A stretch of 62,372 bases of DNA from Pseudomonadota bacterium (lineage in GTDB: Bacteria > Pseudomonadota > Gammaproteobacteria > Burkholderiales > Burkholderiaceae_E). Made by a program: the position numbers and the translations under genes. Below are positions 22,024 through 31,799 of this stretch, piece after piece. Position 1 is the first letter of the stretch; the number at the start of each line of letters is the position of its first letter. The stretch covers positions 1 to 62,372 of the forward strand of contig JAKOZZ010000070.1 of the NCBI GenBank assembly GCA_029779755.1, in the 5' to 3' direction. The notes below the pieces were generated by a model. The model did not search any database. It was not told the DNA's origin and was given only the letters and a program-made list of their open reading frames with translations.

Positions 22024-24366
22024 TCAGTTCGAGACCGGCGCCGATTCCGACGAGGTCGGCTGATCGCGCGTGCCGCTGTCCTCGGACAGCCCGATCGACG
22101 ACACGCCCTGACCCGGCTGGGTCTCCGCGTAGTAGAACTCCCCGCCCACTTCGACGATCCCGTCCGGAACGGGCAGGCGCTTCTCCGGCGCGTCCTTGAG
22201 GGCGTGGCCCATGTACGCGATCCAGATCGGCAGCGCCAGGCCGCCGCCGGTCTCGCGGTCGCCGAGCTTGCGCGGCTGGTCGTAGCCGACCCATGCCACC
22301 GCCGCCAGCCCCGGCTGGTAGCCGGCGAACCAGGCATCGTGCGCGTCGTTGGTCGTGCCGGTCTTGCCGGCCAGGTCGCGCCGCTTGAGTGATTGCGCCT
22401 TGGCCGCCGTGCCCGAGCGCACGACCTCGCGCAGCAGGCTGTCCATGATGAACGCATTGCGCGCGTCGATCGTCCGGATGGCCTCGTCTCCGGCTCGCAC
22501 GGGCTGTGCCTGCGCGATCACCTTGCCGTTCTGGTTGGTGATGCGTTGCACCACGTAGGGATTCACGCGGAAGCCGCCGTTGGCGAACACCGAATAGGCG
22601 CCCACCATCTGCCACGGCGTGACCGATCCCGCGCCCAGCGCCATCGTCAGGTAGGGCGGGTGGCGGGGGGCGTCGAAGCCGAAGCGCGTGACGTAGTCCT
22701 GTGCGTAGCGGGTGCCGATCGCCTGCAGGATGCGGATCGACACCATGTTCTTGGACTTGGCCAGTGCCTGGCGCATGCGCATCGGTCCGTCGAAGCGCCC
22801 GTCGTAGTTCTTGGGCTCCCAGACCTGTCCGCCGGTGACCGTGGCGTCCACCACGAACGGCGCGTCGTTGATCACGGTCGAGGCCATCAGCCCCTTCTCG
22901 AGCGACGCGGAGTAGATGAACGGCTTGAAGCTGGACCCGGGCTGCCGCCAGGCCTGCGTGACGCGGTTGAACTTGTTGCGGTTGAAGTCGAAGCCGCCGA
23001 CCATCGCGCGGATCGCGCCGTCGCCCGTGTCGCACGACACGAGCGCGCCCTGCACCTCGGGCAGTTGCGTGATCTCCCACTCGTTGCCGCGGGTGCGTGC
23101 GATCCGCACGACCGCGCCCGGGCGGATCTGCTTCGGTGCGGCCGCCCGCGGGCCCAGCGCGGAGGCGGCGAACTTCAGTCCGTCGCCGGTGATGTCGATC
23201 GCGGCGCCCCGTCCGCGCGACACGCGCACCGACTGCGGCGATGCCGACAGCACGACGGCGGCGACGAACTCGTCCACGTCCTTCGCCTCGGCCACCGCGG
23301 CGTCGATCTGGTCCTCGGCCACGCGCGCGTTCGACGACAGGTCGATGTACGACTCGGGGCCCCGGTAGCCGTACTTGCGGTCGTACTCGAGGAGCCCGCG
23401 CTTGACGGCGGCGTTGGCGGCCTGCTGGTCGCCCGACAGGATCGTCGTGTACACGCTCAGCCCGGCACTGTAGATGTCCTCCTGGAACATCTCGTAGGCG
23501 AGCATCCGGGCCACCTCGGCGACGTACGGCGCCCGCACCGTCGCCTCGGACGCCGTCACGTAGCGCAGCTCTTCCCTGAGCGCCGCCTGGTGCTGCTCCT
23601 CGGTGATGAACCCGGACTCCTCCATGCGGCGCAGGATGTAGTGCTGCCGTTCCGTCGCGCGCTTGGGATTCACCAGCGGGTTGTAGAGCGAGGGCGCCTT
23701 AGGGAGTCCGGCCAGCATCGCCGCCTCGGCGATCGACAGCGCATTGAGCGACTTGCCGAAGTAGATGCGCGCGGCGGCCGCGAATCCGTGCGCGCGCTTT
23801 CCGAGGAAGATCTGGTTCAGGTAGATCTCGAGGATCTGGTCCTTGGTCAGGCTCTCCTCGATCTTCAGCGCGAGCAGGATCTCGTAGATCTTGCGGGTGT
23901 AGGTCTTCTCGCTCGACAGGTAGAAGTTGCGGGCGAGCTGCTGCGTGATCGTGCTGGCGCCCTGCTCGTGGCCGCCCGACACGAGGTTCACCACCGCCGC
24001 GCGCAGGATGCCGCGCACGTCGACGCCGCTGTGCTCGAAGAAGCGCGCGTCCTCGGCCGCGAGGATGGCGTTCTTCATGGTCGCGGGGACGTCCTCGATC
24101 CGCACCAGGCTGCGCCGTTCCTCGCCGAACTCGCCGATCAGCACGTTGTCGGCCGTGTACACCCGCAGCGGGATCTTCGGACGGTAGTCGATCAGGGCGT
24201 CGAGCGGCGGCAGCCGGTCGTTGGCCAGCAGCACCGCGAGCGTCGTGACGAGACCCGCCAGCAGCGCGCCGGCGACGGGCAGCAGGACGACCGCGCCGAG
24301 GATGCGCAGCCAGGAGAACCCGGCCTGACGGCGGCGAATTCGGGAAGCACTGGAAAAAGCGCCCAT
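22024..24366 (-). CDS. mrcA: Penicillin-binding protein 1A
   Basis: AEDARFFEH, GASTITQQ (glycosyltransferase); QPGSSFKP, SKN, GKTGTTN (transpeptidase); divergent from pilM. Confidence 0.95.
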   Translation of the reverse strand: MGAFSSASRIRRRQAGFSWLRILGAVVLLPVAGALLAGLVTTLAVLLANDRLPPLDALIDYRPKIPLRVYTADNVLIGEFGEERRSLVRIEDVPATMKNAILAAEDARFFEHSGVDVRGILRAAVVNLVSGGHEQGASTITQQLARNFYLSSEKTYTRKIYEILLALKIEESLTKDQILEIYLNQIFLGKRAHGFAAAARIYFGKSLNALSIAEAAMLAGLPKAPSLYNPLVNPKRATERQHYILRRMEESGFITEEQHQAALREELRYVTASEATVRAPYVAEVARMLAYEMFQEDIYSAGLSVYTTILSGDQQAANAAVKRGLLEYDRKYGYRGPESYIDLSSNARVAEDQIDAAVAEAKDVDEFVAAVVLSASPQSVRVSRGRGAAIDITGDGLKFAASALGPRAAAPKQIRPGAVVRIARTRGNEWEITQLPEVQGALVSCDTGDGAIRAMVGGFDFNRNKFNRVTQAWRQPGSSFKPFIYSASLEKGLMASTVINDAPFVVDATVTGGQVWEPKNYDGRFDGPMRMRQALAKSKNMVSIRILQAIGTRYAQDYVTRFGFDAPRHPPYLTMALGAGSVTPWQMVGAYSVFANGGFRVNPYVVQRITNQNGKVIAQAQPVRAGDEAIRTIDARNAFIMDSLLREVVRSGTAAKAQSLKRRDLAGKTGTTNDAHDAWFAGYQPGLAAVAWVGYDQPRKLGDRETGGGLALPIWIAYMGHALKDAPEKRLPVPDGIVEVGGEFYYAETQPGQGVSSIGLSEDSGTRDQPTSSESAPVSN

Positions 24367-24559
24367 TGCAACGGTCTTTTGGTCACTCGCGCCGGCCGGA
24401 GGGTCCCGGATTATATGCCCTGACCCCGGAACGTCGCTCCCGGCCCCGCAAACGGGGGGTGGCAAGGCAAAAACGCACGGATTTTCGTGACTTTCTGCCG
24501 GATGGTCGGGTTGCTGCGACAGATGGCCGCCCGTCCCGATGCTCCCGGTGTCAAAAATC

Positions 24560-24636
24560 TTTACAGTAACTCAGCAATATTGCTAGCATTTCAAGTAGTT
24601 TATTTAAAGTCGATGTAACTCCTTATCAGATAAGGA
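24560..24636 (+). promoter_or_regulatory. AT-rich putative pilM promoter/operator region
   Basis: TTTACA (24560)-18 bp-TAGCAT (24584) with TG extension; palindrome TCCTTATC-A-GATAAGGA (24620-24636). Confidence 0.5.
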
Positions 24637-24660
24637 TTTTTCGGCTTTCAAGGGGTTCAG

Positions 24661-25743
24661 GTGGCGCTTACTTTACCCAGCTTCATGCGACGTGCTTCTC
24701 CGCCGCTGCTCGGGATCGATCTCAGTTCGTCGAGCGTCAAGGTGGTGGAACTCGTCCCGGGCCAGAAGGCCGGCATCCGGCTGCAGCGGTACGCGATCGA
24801 GTCGATCGAGCGCGGCGCCATCGCGGACGGCAACGTCGAGAATCCCGACCAGGTCGCCGAGGCGCTCGCGCGCGCGCTGCGCCGGATGGGCACGCGGACC
24901 CGCGAAGCCGCGCTGGCGCTGCCCTCGTCGGCGGTGATCACCAAGCGCATCGCGCTGCCCGCCGGGCTGGACGAGGAGGACTACGAGCTCCAGGTCGAGT
25001 CGGAGGCGAGCCAGTACATCCCGTTCGCCATCGAGGAGGTCAACCTCGACTTCCAGATCCTCGGGCCGGCCGCCGGCGGGGACGACGAGGTCGAAGTGCT
25101 GCTCGCTGCGTCCCGCAAGGAGAAGGTCGAGGACCGGGTCGCCGTCGCCGAGATGTGCGGCCTGCGCCCGGTCGTGATGGACATCGATGCCTACGCCGCG
25201 CGCAGTGCGCTCGACCATGCGGCAGCCTTCCTGCCCAACAACGGGCAGGGCCTGGTCCTGGCGGTGTTCGACATCGGCAGCAGCGCCACCCACCTGTCGA
25301 TCGTGCTCAACGGTCAGACCATCTTCGAGCGCGAGCAGGCCTTCGGCGGCATGCAGCTGACGCAGGACCTGGTGCGCCTCTACGGCCTGACCGTCGAGGA
25401 GGCCGAGATCAAGAAGAAGACCGGCGAGCTGCCCGAGAACTTCCGCACGGACGTGCTCCAGCCGTTCCTCGAGCAGGGCGCGATCGACGTCACGCGCGCC
25501 CTGCAGTTCTTCTTCACGTCCACCCCGTACACCCGCGTCGACCGGATCTTCCTGGCCGGCGGATCTTCGGTCGTGCCGGGTCTGGTCGAGGCGATCGCCG
25601 AGCGCACCCAGGTGCAGACCGAGATCCTGAGCCCGTTCCAGGGCATGGAGATCGCCGAGACGATCCGCGAGAAGCAGCTGCGCGTCGACGCGCCGGCGCT
25701 GCTGACCGCGTGCGGTCTCGCGATGCGGAGGTTCGACGCATGA
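24661..25743 (+). CDS. pilM: Type IV pilus assembly protein PilM
   Basis: GIDLSSSSVKVVEL, EASQYIPF, REQAFGG, RALQFFF, CGLAMR. Confidence 0.96.
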   Translation: MALTLPSFMRRASPPLLGIDLSSSSVKVVELVPGQKAGIRLQRYAIESIERGAIADGNVENPDQVAEALARALRRMGTRTREAALALPSSAVITKRIALPAGLDEEDYELQVESEASQYIPFAIEEVNLDFQILGPAAGGDDEVEVLLAASRKEKVEDRVAVAEMCGLRPVVMDIDAYAARSALDHAAAFLPNNGQGLVLAVFDIGSSATHLSIVLNGQTIFEREQAFGGMQLTQDLVRLYGLTVEEAEIKKKTGELPENFRTDVLQPFLEQGAIDVTRALQFFFTSTPYTRVDRIFLAGGSSVVPGLVEAIAERTQVQTEILSPFQGMEIAETIREKQLRVDAPALLTACGLAMRRFDA

Positions 25744-26384
25744 TTCGCATCAACCTGCTCCCGCACCGGGAGATGCGCCGTGAGCGGCGCAAGAAGGACT
25801 TCGTCGGCCTGCTGCTGCTGGTGTTCGTGCTCAGCGCAGGCGTTTCGCTGCTGGTCGCGTTCGGGATCTCCGAGCAGATCGACACGCAGCAGGCGCGCAA
25901 CGACTTCATCACGCAGGAGAACGCGAACCTCGACGAGCAGATCAAGAAGATCGCCACGCTGCGCGAGGAGATCGACTCGCTGCGCGCCCGCCAGCAGGCG
26001 GTCGAGAACCTGCAGCGCGACCGGACGATTCCGGTCCACGTCCTCGACGAGCTCGTGCGCTACACCCCGGACGGCATCTTCTTCAAGCAGCTGCGCCAGG
26101 AGGAACGCAAGATCACCCTGGTGGGCGTTGCGCAGTCGAACGAGAGTGTGTCGAACCTGATGGACCGCATCACGATCGACGCGCCGTGGCTCGAGAACCC
26201 CGATCTCGGGGAGAGCGCCGCCGGCACGCTCGGGCCGGCCAACGCGCGCGACACGCGGCGGGTGTTCGAGTTCACGATGAGCGCAATGATCAAGGCGCCG
26301 ACCGCGCCGGACGACAAGTCGGCCGCCAAGCCGGTGGCCGCGGGTCCCGCGACCGTCGCCGCGGCGGGCACGACGGGCAGGTGA
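25740..26384 (+). CDS. pilN: Type IV pilus assembly protein PilN
   Basis: MIRINLLPHRE; one TM helix plus coiled coil; ATGA overlap with pilM. Confidence 0.95.
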   Translation: MIRINLLPHREMRRERRKKDFVGLLLLVFVLSAGVSLLVAFGISEQIDTQQARNDFITQENANLDEQIKKIATLREEIDSLRARQQAVENLQRDRTIPVHVLDELVRYTPDGIFFKQLRQEERKITLVGVAQSNESVSNLMDRITIDAPWLENPDLGESAAGTLGPANARDTRRVFEFTMSAMIKAPTAPDDKSAAKPVAAGPATVAAAGTTGR

Positions 26385-26389
26385 GCGCG

Positions 26390-27067
26390 ATGGCCAAGTT
26401 CAATCCGAAGATCGATCTCGGCGGCGTGTCCGCCCAGTTCAAGGGGCTGCAGGGGCGTCATCCGGGGCTGTGGCCGCTGCTGCCGCGGCTGGCGCTGCTG
26501 GCCGGCCTGTTCGCGGGTGTCCTGACTCTGGCGTGGGCGTCGTACTGGCGCACGCAGCTCGAGGAACTCGAGGCGGGGCAGGCGCAGGAGGAGCAGCTCA
26601 AGGCGCAGTACCTCGAGAAGCTCAAGATGGCGGTCAACCTCGAGGCGCTGCTCAAGCAGAAGCAGCAGGTGTCCGGTTACGTGCACCAGCTCGAGAAGCA
26701 GCTGCCCAGCAAGGCCGAGATGGCCGCGCTGCTGCAGGACATCACGCAGGCCGCGGTCGGCCGCGGCCTGCAGTTCGACCGGTTCAAGCCGGGGCAGGTC
26801 GTGGTCAAGGAGTTCTACGCGGAGCTGCCCATCAGCATCAAGGTGTCGGGCGGCTACCACGAGCTCGGCGGGTTCGCGAGCGACGTGTCCAACCTGGCGC
26901 GGATCGTGACGCTGAACAACATGAACATCCAGGTCGACAAGAACGGACAGCTGTCGATGGAAGCGGTCGCGAAGACCTTCCGGTACCTCGATCCCGAGGA
27001 GATCGCGATCTCCCGCCGCGAGGCTGCGAAGGCGAAGGCCGCCGCGGCCAAGGGAGGTGCGAAATGA
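26390..27067 (+). CDS. pilO: Type IV pilus assembly protein PilO
   Basis: QLPSKAEM, EFYAELPI, RIVTL, AKTFRYLD. Confidence 0.95.
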   Translation: MAKFNPKIDLGGVSAQFKGLQGRHPGLWPLLPRLALLAGLFAGVLTLAWASYWRTQLEELEAGQAQEEQLKAQYLEKLKMAVNLEALLKQKQQVSGYVHQLEKQLPSKAEMAALLQDITQAAVGRGLQFDRFKPGQVVVKEFYAELPISIKVSGGYHELGGFASDVSNLARIVTLNNMNIQVDKNGQLSMEAVAKTFRYLDPEEIAISRREAAKAKAAAAKGGAK

Positions 27068-27588
27068 GCCGGGTGTCCCTCGCGGCGATTGCCGCCGCGG
27101 TCGCGCTGCTCGGTGCCTGCAGCGACGAGCAGCAGGAACTGCGCTCGTGGATGGACGAGCAGCGCGCGGCGATCACGCCGGTGGTCGAGAAGATCACGCC
27201 GCCCAAGAGCTTCGAGCCGTTCCGCTACGAGAACGAGGGCCTTGCCGATCCCTTCGCGCAGTCGCGTCTCGCCTTCCGCGCCAACGGCGAGCCGAAGTCC
27301 GGCGGACGCACGCCCGACCTGGCCCGCAAGCGCGAGGTGCTGGAGGCGTTCCCGCTCGAGGCGATCAAGATGGTCGGCCACATGAGCAACAACAACGCGA
27401 GCTTCGCGTTGCTGCAGGTCGAGAACATGGTCTACCAGGCGCGCGTCGGGAACTACGCCGGGCAGAACTTCGGAAAGATCGTGCGCGTCAGCGAAGGCGA
27501 AGTGGTGCTGAAGGAAATGGTCCAGGACGCCGCCGGCGACTGGAACGAACGGGACACGGCGTTGCGCCTGCAGGAGACCAAGAAATGA
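27064..27588 (+). CDS. pilP: Type IV pilus lipoprotein PilP
   Basis: Lipobox LGAC, DPF, REVLEAFPL, GNYAGQNFG. Confidence 0.95.
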   Translation: MSRVSLAAIAAAVALLGACSDEQQELRSWMDEQRAAITPVVEKITPPKSFEPFRYENEGLADPFAQSRLAFRANGEPKSGGRTPDLARKREVLEAFPLEAIKMVGHMSNNNASFALLQVENMVYQARVGNYAGQNFGKIVRVSEGEVVLKEMVQDAAGDWNERDTALRLQETKK

Positions 27589-29795
27589 CGATTCTTCACA
27601 GGCTTGGCCGCACGGCGATGCGTCTGGCCGCTTTGAGCGCCTTCGTGGTGGCGGGGCAGGCCTTTGCGCAGAGCAACGCGATCGAGTCGGTCACCAGCGG
27701 GCTGCAGGGCGCGACGACCTACCTGCGCGTGCAGCTGAAGACGCCGCTGTCCAAGGCGCCGGCCAGCTTCTCGGTCAACACGCCGCCGCGCGTGGCGCTC
27801 GACTTCGTCGACACCGGCAACGAGGCCGGCAAGTCGTCGATCGACCTTGCGCAGGGCGACGTGCGCAACGTCGCCCTGGTGCAGTCGGGCAACCGCACGC
27901 GCCTGGTGCTGAACCTGAAGCGGCCGCTGACCTACACCACCTCGATCGAGGGCAAGGACCTGGTCGTCGCGCTGTCGCCGGTCGCGATGCAGGGCGATGC
28001 CTCCGGCAGCAGCACGTACAGCTTCGCGCGCGGCGACGCCGCCGCCAGTCATGCGCTGCGTGACCTCGACTTCCGGCGCGGCAAGGATGGCGAGGGCCGT
28101 GTGGTGGTCGAGCTGTCCGATCCCGGCGTGGGCGTCGACATCCGCCAGCAGGGGCAGTCGATCGTGGTCGACTTCCTGAAGGCGCGCCTGCCCGAGAACC
28201 TGCGCAAGCGCCTCGACGTCGGCGACTTCGGCACGCCGGTCAAGGCCGTCCGTGCGACGCAGCAGGGCGACAACGCGCGCCTGATCATCGAGCCGCAGGG
28301 GCAGTGGGAACACAACGCCTATCAGAGCGACACGCAGTTCGTGATCGAGGTCAAGCCGGTGCGCGAGGATCCGAACCGTCTGGCCACGCGCCAGGGCTAT
28401 CGGGGTGACCGCCTGTCGCTGAACTTCCAGAACGTGGACGTGCGTGCGCTGCTCCAGGTCATCGCCGACTTCACCAACCTGAACATCGTCACCAGCGACT
28501 CGGTCGCCGGCAGCCTGACGCTGCGGCTGAAGGACGTTCCCTGGGACCAGGCCCTCGACATCATCCTGCAGTCGAAGGCGCTGGACATGCGCAAGAACGG
28601 CAACGTGATCCTGGTCGCGCCCAGCGAGGAGCTCGCCACCAAGGAGAAGCTCGAGCTCGAGGCCCGCCAGCAGATCGCCGAGATCGAGCCGGTGCGCACC
28701 GAGATCTTCCAGCTGAACTACGCGAAGGCCGAGAACCTGGTGAAGCTGCTCACCAACGAGAAGCAGCCGGTGCTCTCCAAGCGGGGCAGCGCGGTGCCCG
28801 ACGTGCGCACGAACAAGGTGTTCGTGCAGGACACCGCCGCGCGTCTCGAGGAGGTGCGCAAGATCATCGGCCAGATCGACATCACCGTGCGTCAGGTGCT
28901 GATCGAGGCGCGCATCGTCGAGGCCGACGACAAGTTCTCGCGCAACCTCGGCGCCAAGCTCGGCTTCAACGACCTGTCGTCGACGGTCTACCGCACCGTC
29001 GGCGTCACGGATCCGGTCACGGGCACGGCGACCGCGCTCAACGTGCCCGTCTATGGCGCCGGGTCCAAGGTGCTGGGCAACTACGCGACGGTCTCGGGCA
29101 ATCTGACCGGCGTCACCGACCTGTCGTCGCAGAACGGCAGCGGGCTGACGGGCATCAACGCGCAGGGCCTGGGGCGCCTGACGGCCACCAACAACACCAA
29201 CTTCGTGAACCTGCCGGCGTCGGCGATCAGCGGCTTCTCGCCGGCGTCCTTCGCGGTCAGCCTGTTCGGCTCGTCGCTGACCCGCTTCCTGAACCTGGAG
29301 CTGTCCGCCCTCGAGGCCGACCAGCGCGGCAAGGTCGTGTCCAGTCCGCGCGTGCTGACGGCCGACCAGAGCAAGGCGACGATCGAGCAGGGCACGGAGC
29401 TGCCGTTCCTGTCGGCCACGTCCAGCGGTGCGTCGGCGATCCAGTTCCGCAAGGCCAGCCTGCGCCTGGAGGTGACGCCGCAGATCACGCCGGAAGGCAA
29501 CGTGATCATGGAGGTCTCCGTGAACCGCGACGCGGTCGGCATCCTGACGCCGGCCGGCTACGCGATCGACACGCGCCAGGTGCGCACCCAGGTGCTGGTC
29601 GAGAACGGCGGCACCGTGGTGATCGGCGGCATCTACGAGCAGTTCGAGCGCGACACCGTCAACAAGGTGCCGCTGCTCGGCGACATCCCGGTGGTCGGGT
29701 ACGCCTTCAAGAACACCACGCGCCGCAACGACCGCACCGAGCTGCTCGTCTTCCTGACGCCGCGCGTCGTCACCGACAGCTCGCTGGCCCGCTGA
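27585..29795 (+). CDS. pilQ: Type IV pilus secretin PilQ
   Basis: N-terminal AMIN-like domains, LSLNFQ, VPWDQALD, QVLIEARIVEA, KVPLLGDIP, ELLVFLTPR. Confidence 0.97.
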   Translation: MTILHRLGRTAMRLAALSAFVVAGQAFAQSNAIESVTSGLQGATTYLRVQLKTPLSKAPASFSVNTPPRVALDFVDTGNEAGKSSIDLAQGDVRNVALVQSGNRTRLVLNLKRPLTYTTSIEGKDLVVALSPVAMQGDASGSSTYSFARGDAAASHALRDLDFRRGKDGEGRVVVELSDPGVGVDIRQQGQSIVVDFLKARLPENLRKRLDVGDFGTPVKAVRATQQGDNARLIIEPQGQWEHNAYQSDTQFVIEVKPVREDPNRLATRQGYRGDRLSLNFQNVDVRALLQVIADFTNLNIVTSDSVAGSLTLRLKDVPWDQALDIILQSKALDMRKNGNVILVAPSEELATKEKLELEARQQIAEIEPVRTEIFQLNYAKAENLVKLLTNEKQPVLSKRGSAVPDVRTNKVFVQDTAARLEEVRKIIGQIDITVRQVLIEARIVEADDKFSRNLGAKLGFNDLSSTVYRTVGVTDPVTGTATALNVPVYGAGSKVLGNYATVSGNLTGVTDLSSQNGSGLTGINAQGLGRLTATNNTNFVNLPASAISGFSPASFAVSLFGSSLTRFLNLELSALEADQRGKVVSSPRVLTADQSKATIEQGTELPFLSATSSGASAIQFRKASLRLEVTPQITPEGNVIMEVSVNRDAVGILTPAGYAIDTRQVRTQVLVENGGTVVIGGIYEQFERDTVNKVPLLGDIPVVGYAFKNTTRRNDRTELLVFLTPRVVTDSSLAR

Positions 29796-29839
29796 ACGCC
29801 GCATCCCGTCACGGACAAGAACTCCAAGGAACCCCATCC

Positions 29840-31729
29840 ATGATGCTTCGACGATTCAATCGACTGTTGAGCGCGGCCGCGGTGCTGCTGTTCGGCGCCG
29901 TGCTCGCAGGGTGCGGCGGCGGTGGCGCCGGCGGTGCGGGTTCCTCGGGCTCCGGCGGATCGACCGGCACCGATGCCGCCGGTCTGCAGATCACGACCAG
30001 TACGCCGTCGATCGGGTCCGACGGACGCACTTCGGCGACGATCGTCGCGATCGTGAAGGACGCGAGCAACCGCACGCTGGCGAACCAGCAGGTCGACTTC
30101 TCGACGCCGGACTCGGGCGCCCGTCTGCAGGTGGCGAACAACCGCACCGACGCCGCCGGCCAGGCGATCGCGACGCTGTCGATCGCCGAGCCCTCGAATC
30201 GTCAGATCGTCGTGACCGCCACCAGCGGTTCGCTGTCGCAGTCGGTGACCATCGCGGTCACCGGCACCACGCTCACGCTGAGCGGGCCGACCAACCTGGT
30301 GTCGAACTCGCCGACCGAGTTCACGGTCGGGCTGCGCGACTCGTCCGGCACGGTCGTCGTCGGCCGGCCGGTGACGATCGCGTCCTCGGCGGGCAACACC
30401 GTCAGCGCGACCTCCGTCACGACGGACAGCGCCGGCCAGGCGCGGTTCCTGCTGACCGGCATCAAGGCGGGGGCCGACCGGCTCACCGTGTCGGCGCTCG
30501 GCACCTCGGCCACCGCGGAGCTCCAGGTGTCGGCGACGCAGCTCAGCTTCGTCTCGCCGGGTGCGAGCCAGGAACTGGTCGTGTCGGCCAGCCAGGAGGT
30601 CGCCGTGTCGTACACGGTGAACAACCTGCCGCAACCCGGGCAGTCGATCGAATTCGTCGCCACGCGCGGCACGCTGAGCGCCGCTTCGGCGACGACCGAC
30701 GCCCAGGGCGTCGCCCGCGTCTCGATCCAGTCGCCGACGGCCGGTGCGAGCACGATCACCGCGCAGGTGCGCCCGGCCTCGGGCGGCGCGATCCTCAGCT
30801 CGCAGCGCATCGAGTTCGTCAGCCGCACGCCGAGCAAGATCACCGTGCAGCCCAGCCCGCCCGCGGTCGGCGTCAACCTGTCGGCGAGCGGCACCAATTC
30901 CAGCCAGCTGATCGCCGTCGTGCGCGACGCGGCGGACAACCCGGTGAAGGGCGCGGTGGTCAGCTTCTCGGCGGTCTCGGACCCCAGCAACGGCCGCATC
31001 GAACCCGCCGTCGCGACCAGCGACGGATCGGGCGTGGCGACCGTCGCCTTCTACCCCGGCGCCAACTCGACCGGCAACAACCAGATCGTCGTGCGTGCGG
31101 CGGTGCCGGGCACGGCGCTGGCGGCGACGACCTCGCTGACCGCGTCGAAGCAGGAGCTGTTCGTGCGGGCCGGCACCGGCAACGAGCTGGTCGAGCTGAA
31201 CCTCACGACCCTCGAGATGCCCTGGTCGGCGGTGGTGACGGACGCCAACGGCAACCCGGTGGTGGGCGCCTCCATCCAGGCATCGCTGCTGTCCACGCAC
31301 TTCTACAAGGGCCGCTACTACTGGAGCGGGCTGGTCTGGTATCCGGCGGGCGAGACCTCGTCGGTGCCGCGCCACGAGTGCATCAGCGAAGACCTCAACG
31401 GCAACCTGCGGCTCGATGCGGGCGAGGACCTGAACCGCAACAATGCGCTCGATCCGGGCGGCATCGCGGCGGTCGAGGTCGTCTCCACCGGCGCGAAGAC
31501 GGATGCCAGCGGGCTTGCGAACCTGCGTCTCGTGTACCCGAAGTCGTATGGCAACTGGGTGCGCGTGCGCCTGCGGGTCACGATCACGACGATCGCCGGC
31601 ACCGAGGGTACGGACGAGGCGGAGTTCATCCTGCCGGTGCTCGCTTCCGACGTCTCCAACGAGACCGTCGCGCCGCCGGGATTCGTGTCGCGCTACGGCC
31701 AGGTGCCGGACTGCACGACCATCGACTGA
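29840..31729 (+). CDS. Lipoprotein with about five bacterial Ig-like (Big_1/invasin-type) repeats and a C-terminal Asp-rich motif
   Basis: Lipobox VLAG-C, Gly/Ser linker, repeated V.DA.gNPV.G..V.F and TD..G.A motifs, EDLNGNLRLDAGEDLNRNNALDPG. Confidence 0.85.
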   Translation: MMLRRFNRLLSAAAVLLFGAVLAGCGGGGAGGAGSSGSGGSTGTDAAGLQITTSTPSIGSDGRTSATIVAIVKDASNRTLANQQVDFSTPDSGARLQVANNRTDAAGQAIATLSIAEPSNRQIVVTATSGSLSQSVTIAVTGTTLTLSGPTNLVSNSPTEFTVGLRDSSGTVVVGRPVTIASSAGNTVSATSVTTDSAGQARFLLTGIKAGADRLTVSALGTSATAELQVSATQLSFVSPGASQELVVSASQEVAVSYTVNNLPQPGQSIEFVATRGTLSAASATTDAQGVARVSIQSPTAGASTITAQVRPASGGAILSSQRIEFVSRTPSKITVQPSPPAVGVNLSASGTNSSQLIAVVRDAADNPVKGAVVSFSAVSDPSNGRIEPAVATSDGSGVATVAFYPGANSTGNNQIVVRAAVPGTALAATTSLTASKQELFVRAGTGNELVELNLTTLEMPWSAVVTDANGNPVVGASIQASLLSTHFYKGRYYWSGLVWYPAGETSSVPRHECISEDLNGNLRLDAGEDLNRNNALDPGGIAAVEVVSTGAKTDASGLANLRLVYPKSYGNWVRVRLRVTITTIAGTEGTDEAEFILPVLASDVSNETVAPPGFVSRYGQVPDCTTID

Positions 31730-31745
31730 TCGGCACACGGCACGC

Positions 31746-31780
31746 CGTGAAAGCGCCCGGCCCGTCCGGGCGTTTTCACG
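31746..31780 (+). terminator. Hairpin/terminator after the Ig-like lipoprotein gene
   Basis: CGTGAAAGCGCCCGG-cccgt-CCGGGCGTTTTCACG. Confidence 0.7.
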
Positions 31781-31799
31781 TCTGCGCTAAGCTGTCGGA

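Noticed and set aside
24460-24478. TGGCA motif upstream of pilM considered as a sigma54 promoter
   Set aside because: No TTGC at the required -12 spacing
29793-29804. Single copy of the 11-bp array unit (GAACGCCGCAT) at the pilQ stop
   Set aside because: One short match in 62 kb of GC-rich DNA is too weak to call a dispersed element
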